From the NCBI RefSeq assembly GCF_964204645.1, contig NC_134031.1, forward strand, positions 7,006,001 through 7,070,000: DNA of 64,000 nt, in the 5' to 3' direction. This DNA is from Tubulanus polymorphus. Lineage: Eukaryota > Animalia > Nemertea. The translations under genes were made by a program, and so were the position numbers. The notes under the pieces are model-generated. The model did no database searches. It had not been told where the DNA came from and was given only the letters and a program-made list of their open reading frames with translations. Positions 24,405 through 47,434 of this stretch are shown here, in pieces (the first letter of the stretch is position 1; every line of letters begins with the position of its first letter).

Positions 24405-25879
24405 ACCGACAGCGAAGAAAACAAAAAAACATCAATATATAATTTGCAGATTACCGGTATGGTCGTTACGATAGGGTAAATATAAAATGTAAGAACAAGC
24501 CAGCGAGGACGGTACAAAGACAGCCGGTGCTTGTGTTATGTATCAACCTCAAGAGTTACAAAAGAAAAAAAAACAAAGAGAACAAGATAAAGAAAAGGGA
24601 ACAAAAACAAAGAGAACTTTAACTTCATTCAACATTAAACAATATCAGTTACAAGATGTAACCGATTTGGATGAATTAATAATTCAACAATATAAACATT
24701 CCACTCAATAAATGATAATATGCTATTTATCAAAAAAATTAGTTTTAGAATATTATTTAATTGGGTTACAAAAAGTGACCAGTTTGGAACAATATGATTA
24801 TGTAAATTTCGCACAATAAATCACTCTGATATGAATTGAAATGAATGAGTTTTGTATTTTTTTAATTCAGACTCAGTTCACTGGACTTGAGCTAGCCTTT
24901 TTACAGTTTCCTGGCACCTAACCGTGTTTTTGGGTATCCGCTGGGGTCCGCATAGTTGACTTTTTTCTCCCAATCTATTTTGACTATTTCGTTCGAATCT
25001 CTGGAGTAGATGTCACGGAGCCGCGGAAGGGACATGGTGAGAAATAATTATTATTTTTTTTCGTTCGAAGGTAATGTGTGACATGGTGATGGAGAAAACA
25101 TTTCTAGATAGCCTGTAGCGCGATCATTATCATTTTTTGTAGGTGAATTTTCAATAAACAATTGATAGAATCAGAATACATCGACCAAGAAATTACGAAC
25201 GTTAGTGAAATAAATCTAAACAGTTGTAGAACTAAACTGATTCATCAAACGCGGATTTGTTTGATAATGGAACCAGGATAATAGAGCGTTCAATACACTT
25301 GTGGAATTAACTTTTATATGTTTCACAATATATATCCGTTCAATGTCACCCATTCACTTCACTTCAGACAAATTTGACAAAAATTGTATTAGATTCTGCT
25401 TTTTTATCGTTCACATTCATATTCTAACATTTACATTTTACACCAGAGGGGCCGCGCGTCCCATATCATGATCAGGCCTTTTTAAATCGAAATTGTGATG
25501 AAAACACAAATGAGGGCTACTGTGTTTTTAATTTGATGATTTCTTTCAGAATTCTGGGATTCGGATCCGTACTCCAACTAATCAAAAAGTGGGCTTCCAG
25601 TATAATGCCGGTCCATGATAAGTCAGTATGGTCAATTACTTTAATTTACAATCTAATATAATTACAATAACTATCTATGTAGATAGTTATTGTAATTATA
25701 ATGATTCTAACGGATCATCATGCGTTAATTGAAATTTTCAGTTTCATAATATGTAGTTTTTTATGCTTTCTACAATTTTCAATCATCTTGATTAGTTTTT
25801 TTAAAAGTTATAGTGTGTATGGAAAAGGTGATTTTATTAGAGAAACGTTTTATTTCGTCGACCAGCCCTGATACAACTT

Positions 25880-26230
25880 AAAGGAGTAAGAGATAGAATC
25901 AACTGTATTTCACAAACCATAACTTATTATTTTGGCACCAACTCGATGTAGAATTCTACCAACACCAGCAAGAGAATGCTTGCTGTATTCCACAAACTTT
26001 TACTCAGTATTTGACACCAACTCGGTGGAATTTAACCGGTCTCAAATTTACCGCAGTAAGAGACAGAGTCTACTGTATTTCACAAACTCACTCATGACAC
26101 CAACTCGGGATGGAATTTTCCGTTCTCAACTTTACCGCAGAAACAGACGTGAGTCTACAAACTCTTACTCGGTATTTGACACTAACGCGGGGTAGAATGT
26201 TTCATGTCAAAACTTCACTGCAGTAAGAGG
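25880..26230. repeat. Degenerate tandem repeats
   Basis: Recurring ctgtatt(t/c)cacaaac...(g/t)acaccaactcg and gcagtaagag motifs. Confidence 0.5.
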
Positions 26231-27121
26231 CCTTCTTATTCAAGGCTACGGTCACAGTTATTTCTTAATCATATGATGTACCCTATTTTGGGGGTGCGCC
26301 CCTCCCTGAATCAGACGCGCGGCCACTGCTAGATCCTCGTCACAATGTTTTTCAATCACAAACAGCCCCGTGCATTGACAGTACACTAGACACTAAACGA
26401 ATGATGATGTAACTTCAAAGTGAAGCGTCGGAATTCCATGAAAAAATCCCCTCGATATGTAGGCCTAGAAATATCGTTGAAGAAGAGAAACAAAATTCAA
26501 TTTCTCGGTACTTAGTAAGTTTGATCAAAAGTAAATTAGTATTTTTGAATTGTTTATTTACTCTGATCAAATGTATCATCCCCAAAATCTAGGGTGAATT
26601 ATGTCAGCACTTTTTTCTCTGATGAAATGAATTAATTGTTTGGATAGATTTTAGTCCTCAAAAGTAAAAGAAGCTTTGTGGCGTTTAATGCCGGTTGATA
26701 AACCCACGAAACTAAAAATGAAATGCCTTCCCTTATTCATGCCCCCCTAACAATAGATCTCAGGATTAAGGGTTAGGATTAGGATCAGCAGCCCCATCAT
26801 CATTCTCCACTTATAAACACTGTCCTCATTGATTTCCTGGCCCAAAATATGTTCCAAATGTGACCGGCCCGCTGTCAAGTACCGGTAACGAACCGTATTA
26901 TGGCGCCATCTGTCAATCCAGGAGGTTACAACAAATCTAAATCAAGGTCGTAGAGCAGAATTTTAGTTATTTACCCGCGAACACATGATTTTGTGAATAG
27001 AACGGGGTAAGTTATGATTTAGGGTCCTCGACTGTAAGTCCAAGGAAAAAACTAATCACTTAAAGCAAAGGCAAAGAAACTTCAGGAAAAAAAGTGGCAA
27101 GTAGAGGAAGTAAATGAATTG

Positions 27122-29950
27122 TAATTCAATTCAATTTAATTTATTCATTCATCATAATAGTAATCTGTACATACTAAGATTGTCAATGAATATAAACAAG
27201 GAAAAGAAAAGCTGCCAGAAACAAATGATGAAATGCAAACAAACAGATTGAAAAATATGATGACACATAACTATGATAATGGAGGCTGGAGCACCAAGTT
27301 GAGACAGATGATGCACCTGAGCGCTTAAGGCGCCATCTATACATACTTTACAACATTATTTACAATATTACTTACAAGCAATTTGTTAAAAGCATCTTCA
27401 CCCGTCAAGGGATTCGAACCCACTACGCTAAAGCTGTTTCCCGAACCCCTTGACCTCACGAGTCGTTGGAGTCGTTACTAGCCGACCAGAATCCGGTCGT
27501 ACCAATCACAGCGCTTGTAACAAACCGTCAGTAGACTTCTGTTGGTTTTCCCGTTAAATTGACAAATCAGCGAACGTTTTACCGAACAAGGAAGTATTTC
27601 GCAAATCGATATATGACGTCACGCGCAACAGCGCCAGTAATGAAATCACGCTTCGTGAGGCCAGGGGGCTGGTGGAAGCGAGTTCGGGAGTGATACCGGA
27701 CCCCTGGCAAGCGAGGATGGTTTAAAGCCGAATTTCGTAAAAACGCCCAAGTTTAACAGAAGCCTTATGCTGGTATTATTGTTTATAAAATTAAAAATAT
27801 TCGAAATACCATCAATATCAATATGCTGCAAGTTAAATTTGATCCAGTTTAAGTTGTGAATCCTACAGTTTGTGATAAAATGCGTTTCATCATCTAGACA
27901 TTGACATGTTTTGCATGTTTTCGCTCAATCGCTTCCTCGCTCCCCATCGACTGCCAGTGGAGTGAGCCTGAAACCCCGTGGTGTTGGACCGAGAACTCTC
28001 CCAACAAAATCCATAATCCATGATACGATCAAGACTGGTATCAAACCAGAGATCATAATCCTTGCACCGGAGCTTCGGGCCAAATCATACGCGATATCCA
28101 CTAGCCTCCAAGCTTCATATCGCATCTCTTCAAAGTTCTTACAACGGCGAATGTCATTTGTGGCAACGTGAATGATAACGATATCATGATCTCCTTTGTA
28201 GTTTACGCTAAATCAGTATAGATTGTCCAACGAACTCGTTTGCATGGATTCCGCGCTAGCATTAATATTACGGGTAAGTCTGTCATAGTTCACATGGTTA
28301 AGTTTGGAATCGGAGCATACAAGAACTTTGACGCATTTATCCATCGATTATCGACGCTATTTGTGTTGATTTCCTGTTTTGGTTCCTCCGTCTTTGCCGC
28401 GTGCGATCTACTTTCGGTGTGACTCACATGACACGAGACAATTTCTAGTTTACTAGATATGTGATCAACCGCGTCATCGATACGCGTAGAAACGGAATAT
28501 CCAGATGAGACGACCTCATCTTGTGATTTTAATACTAATTCCTGGGTCTCACTAAGCAAATCCCAGTAAACTTTGTCGGTGTTCGAGACATCCTGTTGGA
28601 TACTGTTCAGATATGGTAAAATGGTGTTAGAATTCTCAGAAAAGCTCGACGCAGCAATGCCAAGGCTCCCTATTATTTATTATCCAGATGCTTGAAACTG
28701 TTCTTAGTTGACGAAAGTTCTAATGATGCGATAATCAACTGCGCATCATTCAGTAGAGATTGTACAGATTTCCGGAGCTCGGAAGACTCAGACAGGAGAG
28801 TTGTTGTATTTCCCACTATCTCCTGTACTGAAGGAACTAGTGCTACTGACTCTTCTAAATCTTTATACACCTCATTTCTGTGAGTTTGACCAGTAGCCGT
28901 CGCATAACCACAATTTAGACACGTGCCAGGTTTTGAGATGACGCTAGTTGAAGCAGTAGCTTTGGGTTTACTAAGTGAGCGACTAGCCCTCTTGAGTTTT
29001 GTAGCAACTACTTTACTAGTAGAACGTTTCTTTTTAATTGCACGCTTATCCGGTAACGCACCGTTCAAATGCCGTACACTGTCCAATAACGCAACGAATT
29101 CACGCGAGCTCCGTGTGTCCATATAATTCCCCTGAACGGTAATAGTTGCTGTAGTCGGAAATATACGTATAGTGTATATATATGTTCAGGATTGTCACAG
29201 TTAGTGCTTGATATCTGCACCAAAATATCATCCAGTTTATCTCCCTTCTTCTCTTTATTATCGGTCCGGTTCACCATGAATACATCATTCATTTCAAGGC
29301 CAGTGTAACACCTGTAAGCTATCGCTTGAATCCAGTGAAGCATTCTATCGGGCGATGTCTTGAACGCTAGCATCTTAGCACTAGGATCGTATAGTCCACG
29401 TTTAATCGATTCAAATTCTGCATTCGCCGATACCCTTGGACTTCTCCGGTTTAGCTGGTATTGTGGACTAATACAACAACTTCAGGTTGACCATGTCATT
29501 GCACTTTTCGTTCATGGTTGTTTCATCGGATTTAGCATTGAGAAACACAGCCAGTTGTTCTGAGATATCTGACGGATCTGAGTCCACCGGTATTGTGCCT
29601 GTAAATGTAGCATTACGAACATCATTGTAAGAAGCACCACCGACACTATCATCAGTTACCTTCGGCTCCTTTGTATGGGCGTTATCCACAGCAGAGGACG
29701 GTTGAGAGACATTCATTGTGCTAGTACTAAGCCAACTCGAATCACTATCGCAGTCAGAGGATAAATAGTCTGCCCACGAATCAACAACACCGGAAGTACC
29801 AATTATGGGCGCTGCCATCTTTGAATCACTCGAGTAGGCCGAGACTTGAAAATATATAGTCCATGATACCGTCACGAATATATCTTTTTGAGTTCAGGCA
29901 CAATTCTCCAAGGCGTCTCTGTTATATGTTTAATAGTTACAGTCTAGCGA
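27122..29950 (-). mobile_element. Degenerate non-LTR retrotransposon: ORF1 with coiled-coil and SGNH esterase domain, no ORF2 visible, 3' tail of gaatt-type repeats
   Basis: Broken minus-strand ORFs at 27925-29875 include DHDIVIIHVATNDIR and ARIMISGLIP, an SGNH-hydrolase pattern found in CR1/L2/RTEX ORF1. The minus-strand tail aataaattaaattgaattgaatt is at about 27122-27145. Confidence 0.6.
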
Positions 29951-31726
29951 AGACGGTAACTTCTTTCGTGTATACGTCAAAAACGGTGAAACGATAGACC
30001 GTAATTCAACTTTACCGCCACAGTGCGCCACCTGGCAATCAAAAAAGATAAAATAATGTAGATAGAATGGCTGTGTGATTAGGCGCTTTTACGAAATTGA
30101 ATCTGATTCGGTTTAGCTAAATCCGATTCGATGTCGGAAACCGACAGGATTAGTAAATCGAATCGTTTTTCGTAAATTAGTCGAATCAATTGATCAATTC
30201 AAAGGTTACGATTCAAATGAAAATGGGCGTCAATGGTGACCGAATTATTGATAGACGACAATTTGCGATAAATGTCTTTAGCCCGCAGTCGAAGAGGACG
30301 CCATGTTGGATTTAGCTGACTAAATCGTCACTAACTTGCTCGCCGAGCAAGTTAGTCTTGTAATCAACGCACAACAGATTCGTAGTTTGTTTGATACCTA
30401 TAACACCTCACCTGATGATCTATTTGCAAATCGGCCGTAAAGTGAGAGTAAATTTCCGTCGATTCAACGGCGGCTATTTTGCAAACGTGTGGAGGGTGCT
30501 GTCACCTGTGGATTGAGGCTAGGACCACAACACAAACTAACGAAACGAAACGAAATTGAAAAAATTAAGAAATCAACACTTATTCACATTACACCTGTAA
30601 GCCATCATCAGGCGTACTGATAGAATTTTGTAATCAACGCACAACAGATTCGTACGTATAGAATTTTCAATCTTGGCTTCGTCATTGTGGGATTTCTCTC
30701 GTTATCATCATACACGGATATTATGTATCTTCTCGTCTTATAAGTTGGAAAACTATCAAAAATAAAAATGGTCGTTTCTTTTTGAAAGTTTTATATAAAT
30801 CCTTGTAGGTCACCTAGTCTATCATGCCACACGTATGCAATACAGAGAAATGGCGGCTAATGGCAAAATTTGTGGAGAAATTAATTAATTTCTCAAAATA
30901 ATGTTGATTAATCACTTGAAACATACATAAAATTGGATTATTTCAAAAGGTACCTGTGTAGTTTGTGGTTTAAGCCATCAATTGTGGACTGAAGTGAATC
31001 GAAAGTATATTTTTGAAGTGTTACTTTTTTCAACCGTATTTTGGCTCTTGTCATCCCTAATGTTGGTATAAGCCCATCCGATTATAAAAAGCTTACCACC
31101 AACGATTAGGTAACTAAGTTACCACAGTGTAATGACCACCACACATGCCACAGGCTGGGGCACAGGGACTTGTCACAATTGATAGCGAATGAATAAAACC
31201 AGTATCAATGACAACCCCAGTATCCTCCTTGCATTGCATAATGAATAAAATGTGACAACTAATTGTTGTCAATCTGAAAATGACCTACTCCACTCTTGGC
31301 TGTAATTTCAAAATTTTTCAGCCGATTCACATGTCACATGAAATAAGGTTCAACACAAGCTAGTCTTTCTGTTTACAACGAGCCTATAGCCATCACTACG
31401 GCAATCATCTCACAGCGAAGTCAGCATTTATTTACGGGAGTTTGCTCAAAATTCACTGAGAACCTCCATGAACTGGCCACTCTCAGGACTGGGTGAATGG
31501 TGGACAGCAAAATGCCAAATGGTAGTTTTGTATTTTAGAGAATCTTAGAGATAACCCGTAATTCATGTGAATCGGTTGAGAACTTTTGAGAAACTAGGAA
31601 TTAACTTTTAATGGCCTTATCCTGATCCCTCCCATCGGACACCCCTAGAATTTTTTGGTCTTTTATGATTACCGAAACTAATCTTATGTTACAGCAGGAA
31701 ACAATAACAAGAATTCGACGGCAACA

Positions 31727-41570
<9,844 letters not shown>

Positions 41571-42564
41571 ACGACGATATAGTGTAGTATAGTAGTTTAT
41601 TTGTCACCATCAATATGTACAAATGATAAATAACAAAATAGGTTACAGACAATGAGGTGACAGGCGCCTGAGCTGAGCCATAAACAATATTTATTGTTAA
41701 TTCGGGAAATACAGTGGAACCTCGTTACGACGATCTTCATATAGTATTATATAGGACCTGATAATCTTTTACAACAGTTAGACTTCGCTTACCTCAAACC
41801 TCGATGAACCAGGGAATTTACCCCAAGGTATGTGAATTCCGGGGCAGTCAAAGCACGGACGGGCCCGTATCACGATCAACTGGAATAAGAGATTTTCAGG
41901 ACAAAGAGGATTAAACACAGGCATTAAACAATAAACGAATATGAAATATAGTTAAAATGATGTATACGAAGATTATATGTGAAATTTAGCTTATCTACGA
42001 TGTATTTGTCCGAGGCAATCGACTTTAGGGTAAACGGTTTTATAGGGCATTTGAAATTTTTTAAGTGCCTCAAGCCAGGCATCCGAGGCAACCTGGGTTC
42101 GCCCCTTGTCTATATACTGTAGTCAGATTATGAGGTCAAATTTTCCTTATTTGGGTAACCATTCGTGTTTTTGTGATCAAATATATTATTATGTGAAAGT
42201 TTGTGGATTTAAACAACAAGGGTTTACTGTAAGTTCCAATTTTTTCAGGGTTCTTGGTCAATTATTCGATTATTCGAGACAGAAAAGACATAATATCTAC
42301 AATTAATGATACATATGCACTATTTTTGCTAGAGTGAATGTGAAGAATTGTTTTTATATTTTATTGATGTAGTCCAGTTAGTGATCGTTTAGTACTGGAA
42401 TTTATACACCTTTTCAGAAGACATTGTGATGATTGGTCATGAAGAATAATTCTCAGGGCTTATACATAGTAGAACCTCGTTACAACGACCTCGGGTATAA
42501 CGATTCATCGGTTATTTACAAACTTAGAATTTCCTTCCAGATAGGACAACGTTGATCATATCAT

Positions 42565-42842
42565 GCCTGATGACATTGCTAAACTCAGCCACGGCACGAA
42601 ACCCTGCCACACTAGACCCGGTGCGTAGGTTTGCGGCACCAATCAGATTGCTCGTTGTATAATCACTGAGGCAAATTTCACGGAAGAACTTTAAATGGGC
42701 TAAGTTTAAGCGGGATATTTGATAAGCTGATAATGACATCATCAAAGCTGCGCACTTGGTCTAAAAATTTTTAGTGTGGCAGGGTTTCGTACCGTGGCGA
42801 GCCTCGATGCTATCAGGTTCGAATCCCTGCCGGGGAGGATGA
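42565..42842. mobile_element. MITE (same family as 4943 and 55632)
   Basis: Arms cctgatgacattgctaaactcagccacggcacgaaaccctgccacacta / tagtgtggcagggtttcgtaccgtggcgagcctcgatgctatcagg. It is absent from the duplicated copy of this region at about 53930. Confidence 0.75.
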
Positions 42843-43009
42843 GATTTTCTGGTCCCCTGAAGTTCGCTGTATCCAGGTTCTACTGCATTTGTAATCAGTT
42901 CATTTACCGAAGAAAGTATTAACAAATGCTAGTTTTTGATCACAGTTTGAATTGTATGAATGAATGAATGAATAAATGTTTTCATGATATTCGATGTAGA
43001 ATTTTTGGC

Positions 43010-44285
43010 GAAGTAGGTTTGCCTATGCTAACGGTGAGGTAAAACATTGGACCAATAGTGTTGATTTTTGGTGTCATGGTTTGGCTTAATGAGTTCTCGA
43101 GCCAAAAAAAATTTCATATTGATCGAGTTATTTTTAGGGGACTTATTCTTGAAAAACACGTAAAAACCCTGCTATTTAGCACTAAGTAATGACACGTTTT
43201 TTTACATATGACAATTTGCATACTTGGAATTGAAATATATTTAGGTTCAATCCTTCCTGGAAGTGTTGCCATTTTTTGTTCGACTCATCTGGATGTACTT
43301 TTCGAGCTACAGGCCCTAACTTTATAAACCCCTAAATGTCCTCGTTTCTATTTATCTAATGAATGTGATTGGTTGTTTGTGGGATATACGGGAAATTCCG
43401 GGAATTTCGGCGCTTCTGATGTAATTGGGAAAGCCCAATGTGGAACCCAAAACAAAATGGCGAGCATTTCATTCGATTAAGTATCGTATGTTCTCTTATG
43501 ATTTCTTTGTTCGGTGTTACGAATATAACCGCGTAGGCTATTCAATTCAGTATCCGAACTAGCAAGTATGATGACACTAATGGAGTTTTGGCTTAGATTT
43601 GTCTTGTCAATGTCTGGAAGACCTGCTAACCCGTATGGTTTCACCGCGGCCGTCGGATTTTTTATAAACCGTGTTACTGCTCTCCTCTATTCAATTTTAG
43701 TACCTTCTTGGGTAGAATTGTGAGCGGTGATAAATTAATAGATGGACTAAATAGTCTGTTGACAATAGCGGGCAGTGGAATGCTGTCAGCTATTCATCTG
43801 ATGAACAGTCAGTTTTTTCAACACTGATTTAGAGGTGGGAGCTAGTCTACAAACATAGACCCCTTATGTCGCTATCGTACTACGGAATTCCGTGCAAAGC
43901 GATGTATAGAGAACGTACAGTATAAGTCATCACACGCGTGCTGTTAAAAAAACAAACATAGATGAGACAAGGAGACGAGCGCAGATTTTAATTTAATTCA
44001 AGGATAATAAAAATCTGGAAATTGCGAGTATTCTAATATCTTGTATGCATTAATCGTGTAATAAGGGGCTAAGAATTAATAAAGTGATTAGATTTAGAAT
44101 AAAAGATTGTTGTTTGAAGATTTTGTTCAGCATATCGTCAGTTGATGGTTTTAATTCGGTAATCTATTCTACATTCGATTGCAATCCAAATTAATTTATT
44201 GTTAGTATAATATTTTTGACAATATACACTCAATGATTTGATGGTGAGCCACAGGTCCATTGGACCTTTATAGTTTTTTCGCGTT
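43010..44285 (+). mobile_element. ~1.3-kb insertion with a Helitron/Helentron-like 3' hairpin
   Basis: Missing from the paralogous segment at about 54150-54176. It ends with the hairpin aggtcc-att-ggacct followed by ttatagtt. Confidence 0.45.
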
Positions 44286-47200
44286 TGGAATTGAAGCCTG
44301 CTATCGGATTTGTTTCATAGTCGTTTCTTTTTGAAGTACTTGTTTAACCTTTTCTTCGTGCCCATCTGCTCGCACCTCCTCGTCGTGTTGTTCATATCGA
44401 TATTATTTTTTGACGCCTTATAAAACGTTACCATTATGAAACCTAAACAATGATAACCATTCAGCGTCATTTTACAAACGACAACCGTAAATCGATGTGC
44501 AAAACATCACAGGTCTATGTGTACACATACAAGGTAGTTGGCAAAATATTATTGACAAAGATGTAGAATGGCTTCCTGTGATTATAAAATGAGCTATATT
44601 TTAACGTCGAAATGTTATATTGCATTGAATATCATTAGAAGACGCATTGTAATAGTAAAGGATGTATGATTATATCAGACGTGGCAGGCATAAGTAGAAA
44701 TGATAAGTAAATCGGATTATTCGGTCAAAATGGCGGATGTATACACGATTTGGAAGTCTGATATAAAAGCAAGACCCTGACATGGGGATGCTGGTGGAAT
44801 GACGAAGCTATCTACGATCTGTGTAGGGCCGGCGTGAATTTCATCAGCGGCTACAAGCGGCCATTATAAAAATGTGTAAACATATAATTTCAATATTCAA
44901 ATGTTTTAGAAAATATGTTCGATATAAGGGGTATGCGGGTTTCATGAGATTAGCAATTTATAAAAGCATAGCTGTCATATACGGCTCCGCATCCTCTGAT
45001 GGCATGTGTAAATGCCTTTGTTTATATGAAGGTTCTTATATCAATGTTCTCTCAATGTTCACGTGTTTGATGCCATATTGATGGTCAGGCACAATCTGGT
45101 AGATTTACACTTGACAGATCCCCGTTACAGTTTGTAGAGTACTTTGTTATGTTCTTTAGCTGTTTATGCAATCACGTGCAACGCCCTCTATAGTCAAATT
45201 CAGGGGCAGAGAGGCCTGCTGGCTTTGGCCGGGCCAATGATTTTGCAGATGATCATCGTTTTATTGAAAACTAATTTGTGATCGGCTATGAAATAGTTGC
45301 GTATAGAACATAATGATTCGTAACATTCATAAACGAAGTGACTAAATCGTCCGCAATTTGGTTGATGTTTGCCTGTGAACGGAATCTGTTGACGGACTAA
45401 TGCCATACAGTGTGAATAGGTTCGAATCCCATATTATGCTTCGGGCGCAATTTATACCTACTTTGTGGTCTGTTCATAGTGTACAATCAGAGCTTCCAAC
45501 TGTAATTTCCACTCATGCTACGTTATTGCCGTTGTTTAATTAAACCAAAAGTTTGAGCTTTGTTTCTGGCCGTGGAGAATAGAATACGGTACACGGAATT
45601 TAGAGAATTGGACCACTACCCACGACTGAACCTCTAAGTGAAGATCGAAACAATACAGTAAACTTTTTTACGTTTGAAATTTATTTTATCAATAAGAAAA
45701 ATGTGTAGCAAAATACATAAAAAACAACAACTGGAAAATAATCAAAATAAAAACGATTTACGTTGCTGAAAAGATTAGAAAATTCGAACCAAAATCAGTG
45801 CGACTTATAATAAAAATAAACTGTAAATTATCATGTGAGTTATCATTTGACATCAACCGAAATCATTTTTTGTATCGGCTAATGATACGTTATTTCTCAT
45901 AATCAGCTCAAATGATTCTTAATTTGTAAACTGCAATAAAATTTGAAATCAGTTCCTGCCAGGTCTGCAATTTTTATTGTACCTTCATGGCAAAAAGTAA
46001 TAGGGGAGATGTGGAAGAGTACAGAGCTATTCGTCCGTGCCCAATGCAGAGAACGGTACATGCGTAAACTGTCGGTCCACGTGTAGTTTGAGACAAAGAA
46101 ATATACCCCGACTTAGAAGTCCAACTTTGAATAAGCAACCGTTTTCTGAAAACTACTAATTCTCTCCTACGCGGAATATTAAATCAACATCTACAAATGC
46201 ATCTAAAGATACTGAAATAATTCGGTTTTATTTGTCTAGTCTAATACTCTAACCACAACTAAAGGACGGTTGACTGTTGTTTCTCGATTTCAAGCTGGGA
46301 ACAGGAGTCGGAATCGGGAAGTTGAAAGTAGGCCTACTGTGAGGCGAGGTCCGACTTAGAAAACTCTATACATTCAAAATTTCTTTGAATAATCATAACC
46401 CCCTGAGACAATGTGTCAATTTCTGAGGGGCCAGTTGCTCAAACGTTGGTTTAAGATAACCGGCGGATAAATACCATAGCAACAATGATATTTCAATTGT
46501 CACTATGTCAACTATCCACGGGTTAGCTGTAACCAACTTTTGAGCAACTGGCCCGAGAAATTGGTGGTACATGTACATTGGTAGTGGAGTTAATCATTCC
46601 GCGAAAGTGAACACGGGCACGTAGCACGACAAATCTAAAATGAAATATCACAAAACAACCTTTTAAGAAACATTCAAACTCGCCTGAATTATTATTTGGA
46701 TGATTTATCAACATAATGACAGTTTTAAATTACCATAAATGCTAGTTAGCCTAAAATTTCGTTTATCGTACCGAAGGTACGTTCGGTAAATCTTTCCAGA
46801 TTCGTTCTAACTTATGATAGCTGAAATCACAGGAAGAAATTATTTAGAAATTATTCAAGATATTTCCTGCAAGTTAATATTTTTGTGCCCAAAAAGGTCA
46901 AAGAAATTCTGAAAGACATCGCTACTTTTCAGCTGCACCAAAGTATACGGTGCCAACCTGACTTGAACGAAAGGCTGAATCCAAGAACATGTCTATCTCA
47001 CTTTTGAGCCCAAACGTCTACTTTTACTTAGTAGCCACTTGAGAACAATAAGCAATTAACGATATCAGCTTCCTTTCCAGTAGTATACATTTCAAAACAG
47101 TCACTCTGAAATAGTATTCCTTTCAATTCAGTTGGTTTTCTATAGTGGCTGTTTCAAGAGTCTACTATTGAAAAGTGACCATTTTGAAACATCTGGTTTC

Positions 47201-47434
47201 TACTGCTGCGTGGTGAATGTTGAACCTGGTACTATCATTCACGGTACCGCTTCATTCCGTTCACAGGCAAACATCAACCAAATTGCAAATCGTCCTGAAT
47301 TATGATACGGGAAAACTATAGTCTCAAATAGCCCCGGATTCTCGAAATGCAACTATTAAAAACAAGAACATTTCCCGCGAGTAACGCCTCGTGCCTTCGG
47401 CCGGGCCGGCCCTGCTGAAATGCATGTTTTTCAT

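Noticed and set aside
27400-27440. tRNA gene (B-box-like ggttcgaatcc; also at about 45419 and in MITE ends)
   Set aside because: No cloverleaf or A-box spacing could be built; at most a SINE-derived fragment.
44710-44870. Coding-looking stretch (GGCIHDLEV*YKSK...WGCWWNDEAIYDLCR)
   Set aside because: It has in-frame stops, no convincing splice sites and no family I can recognise.
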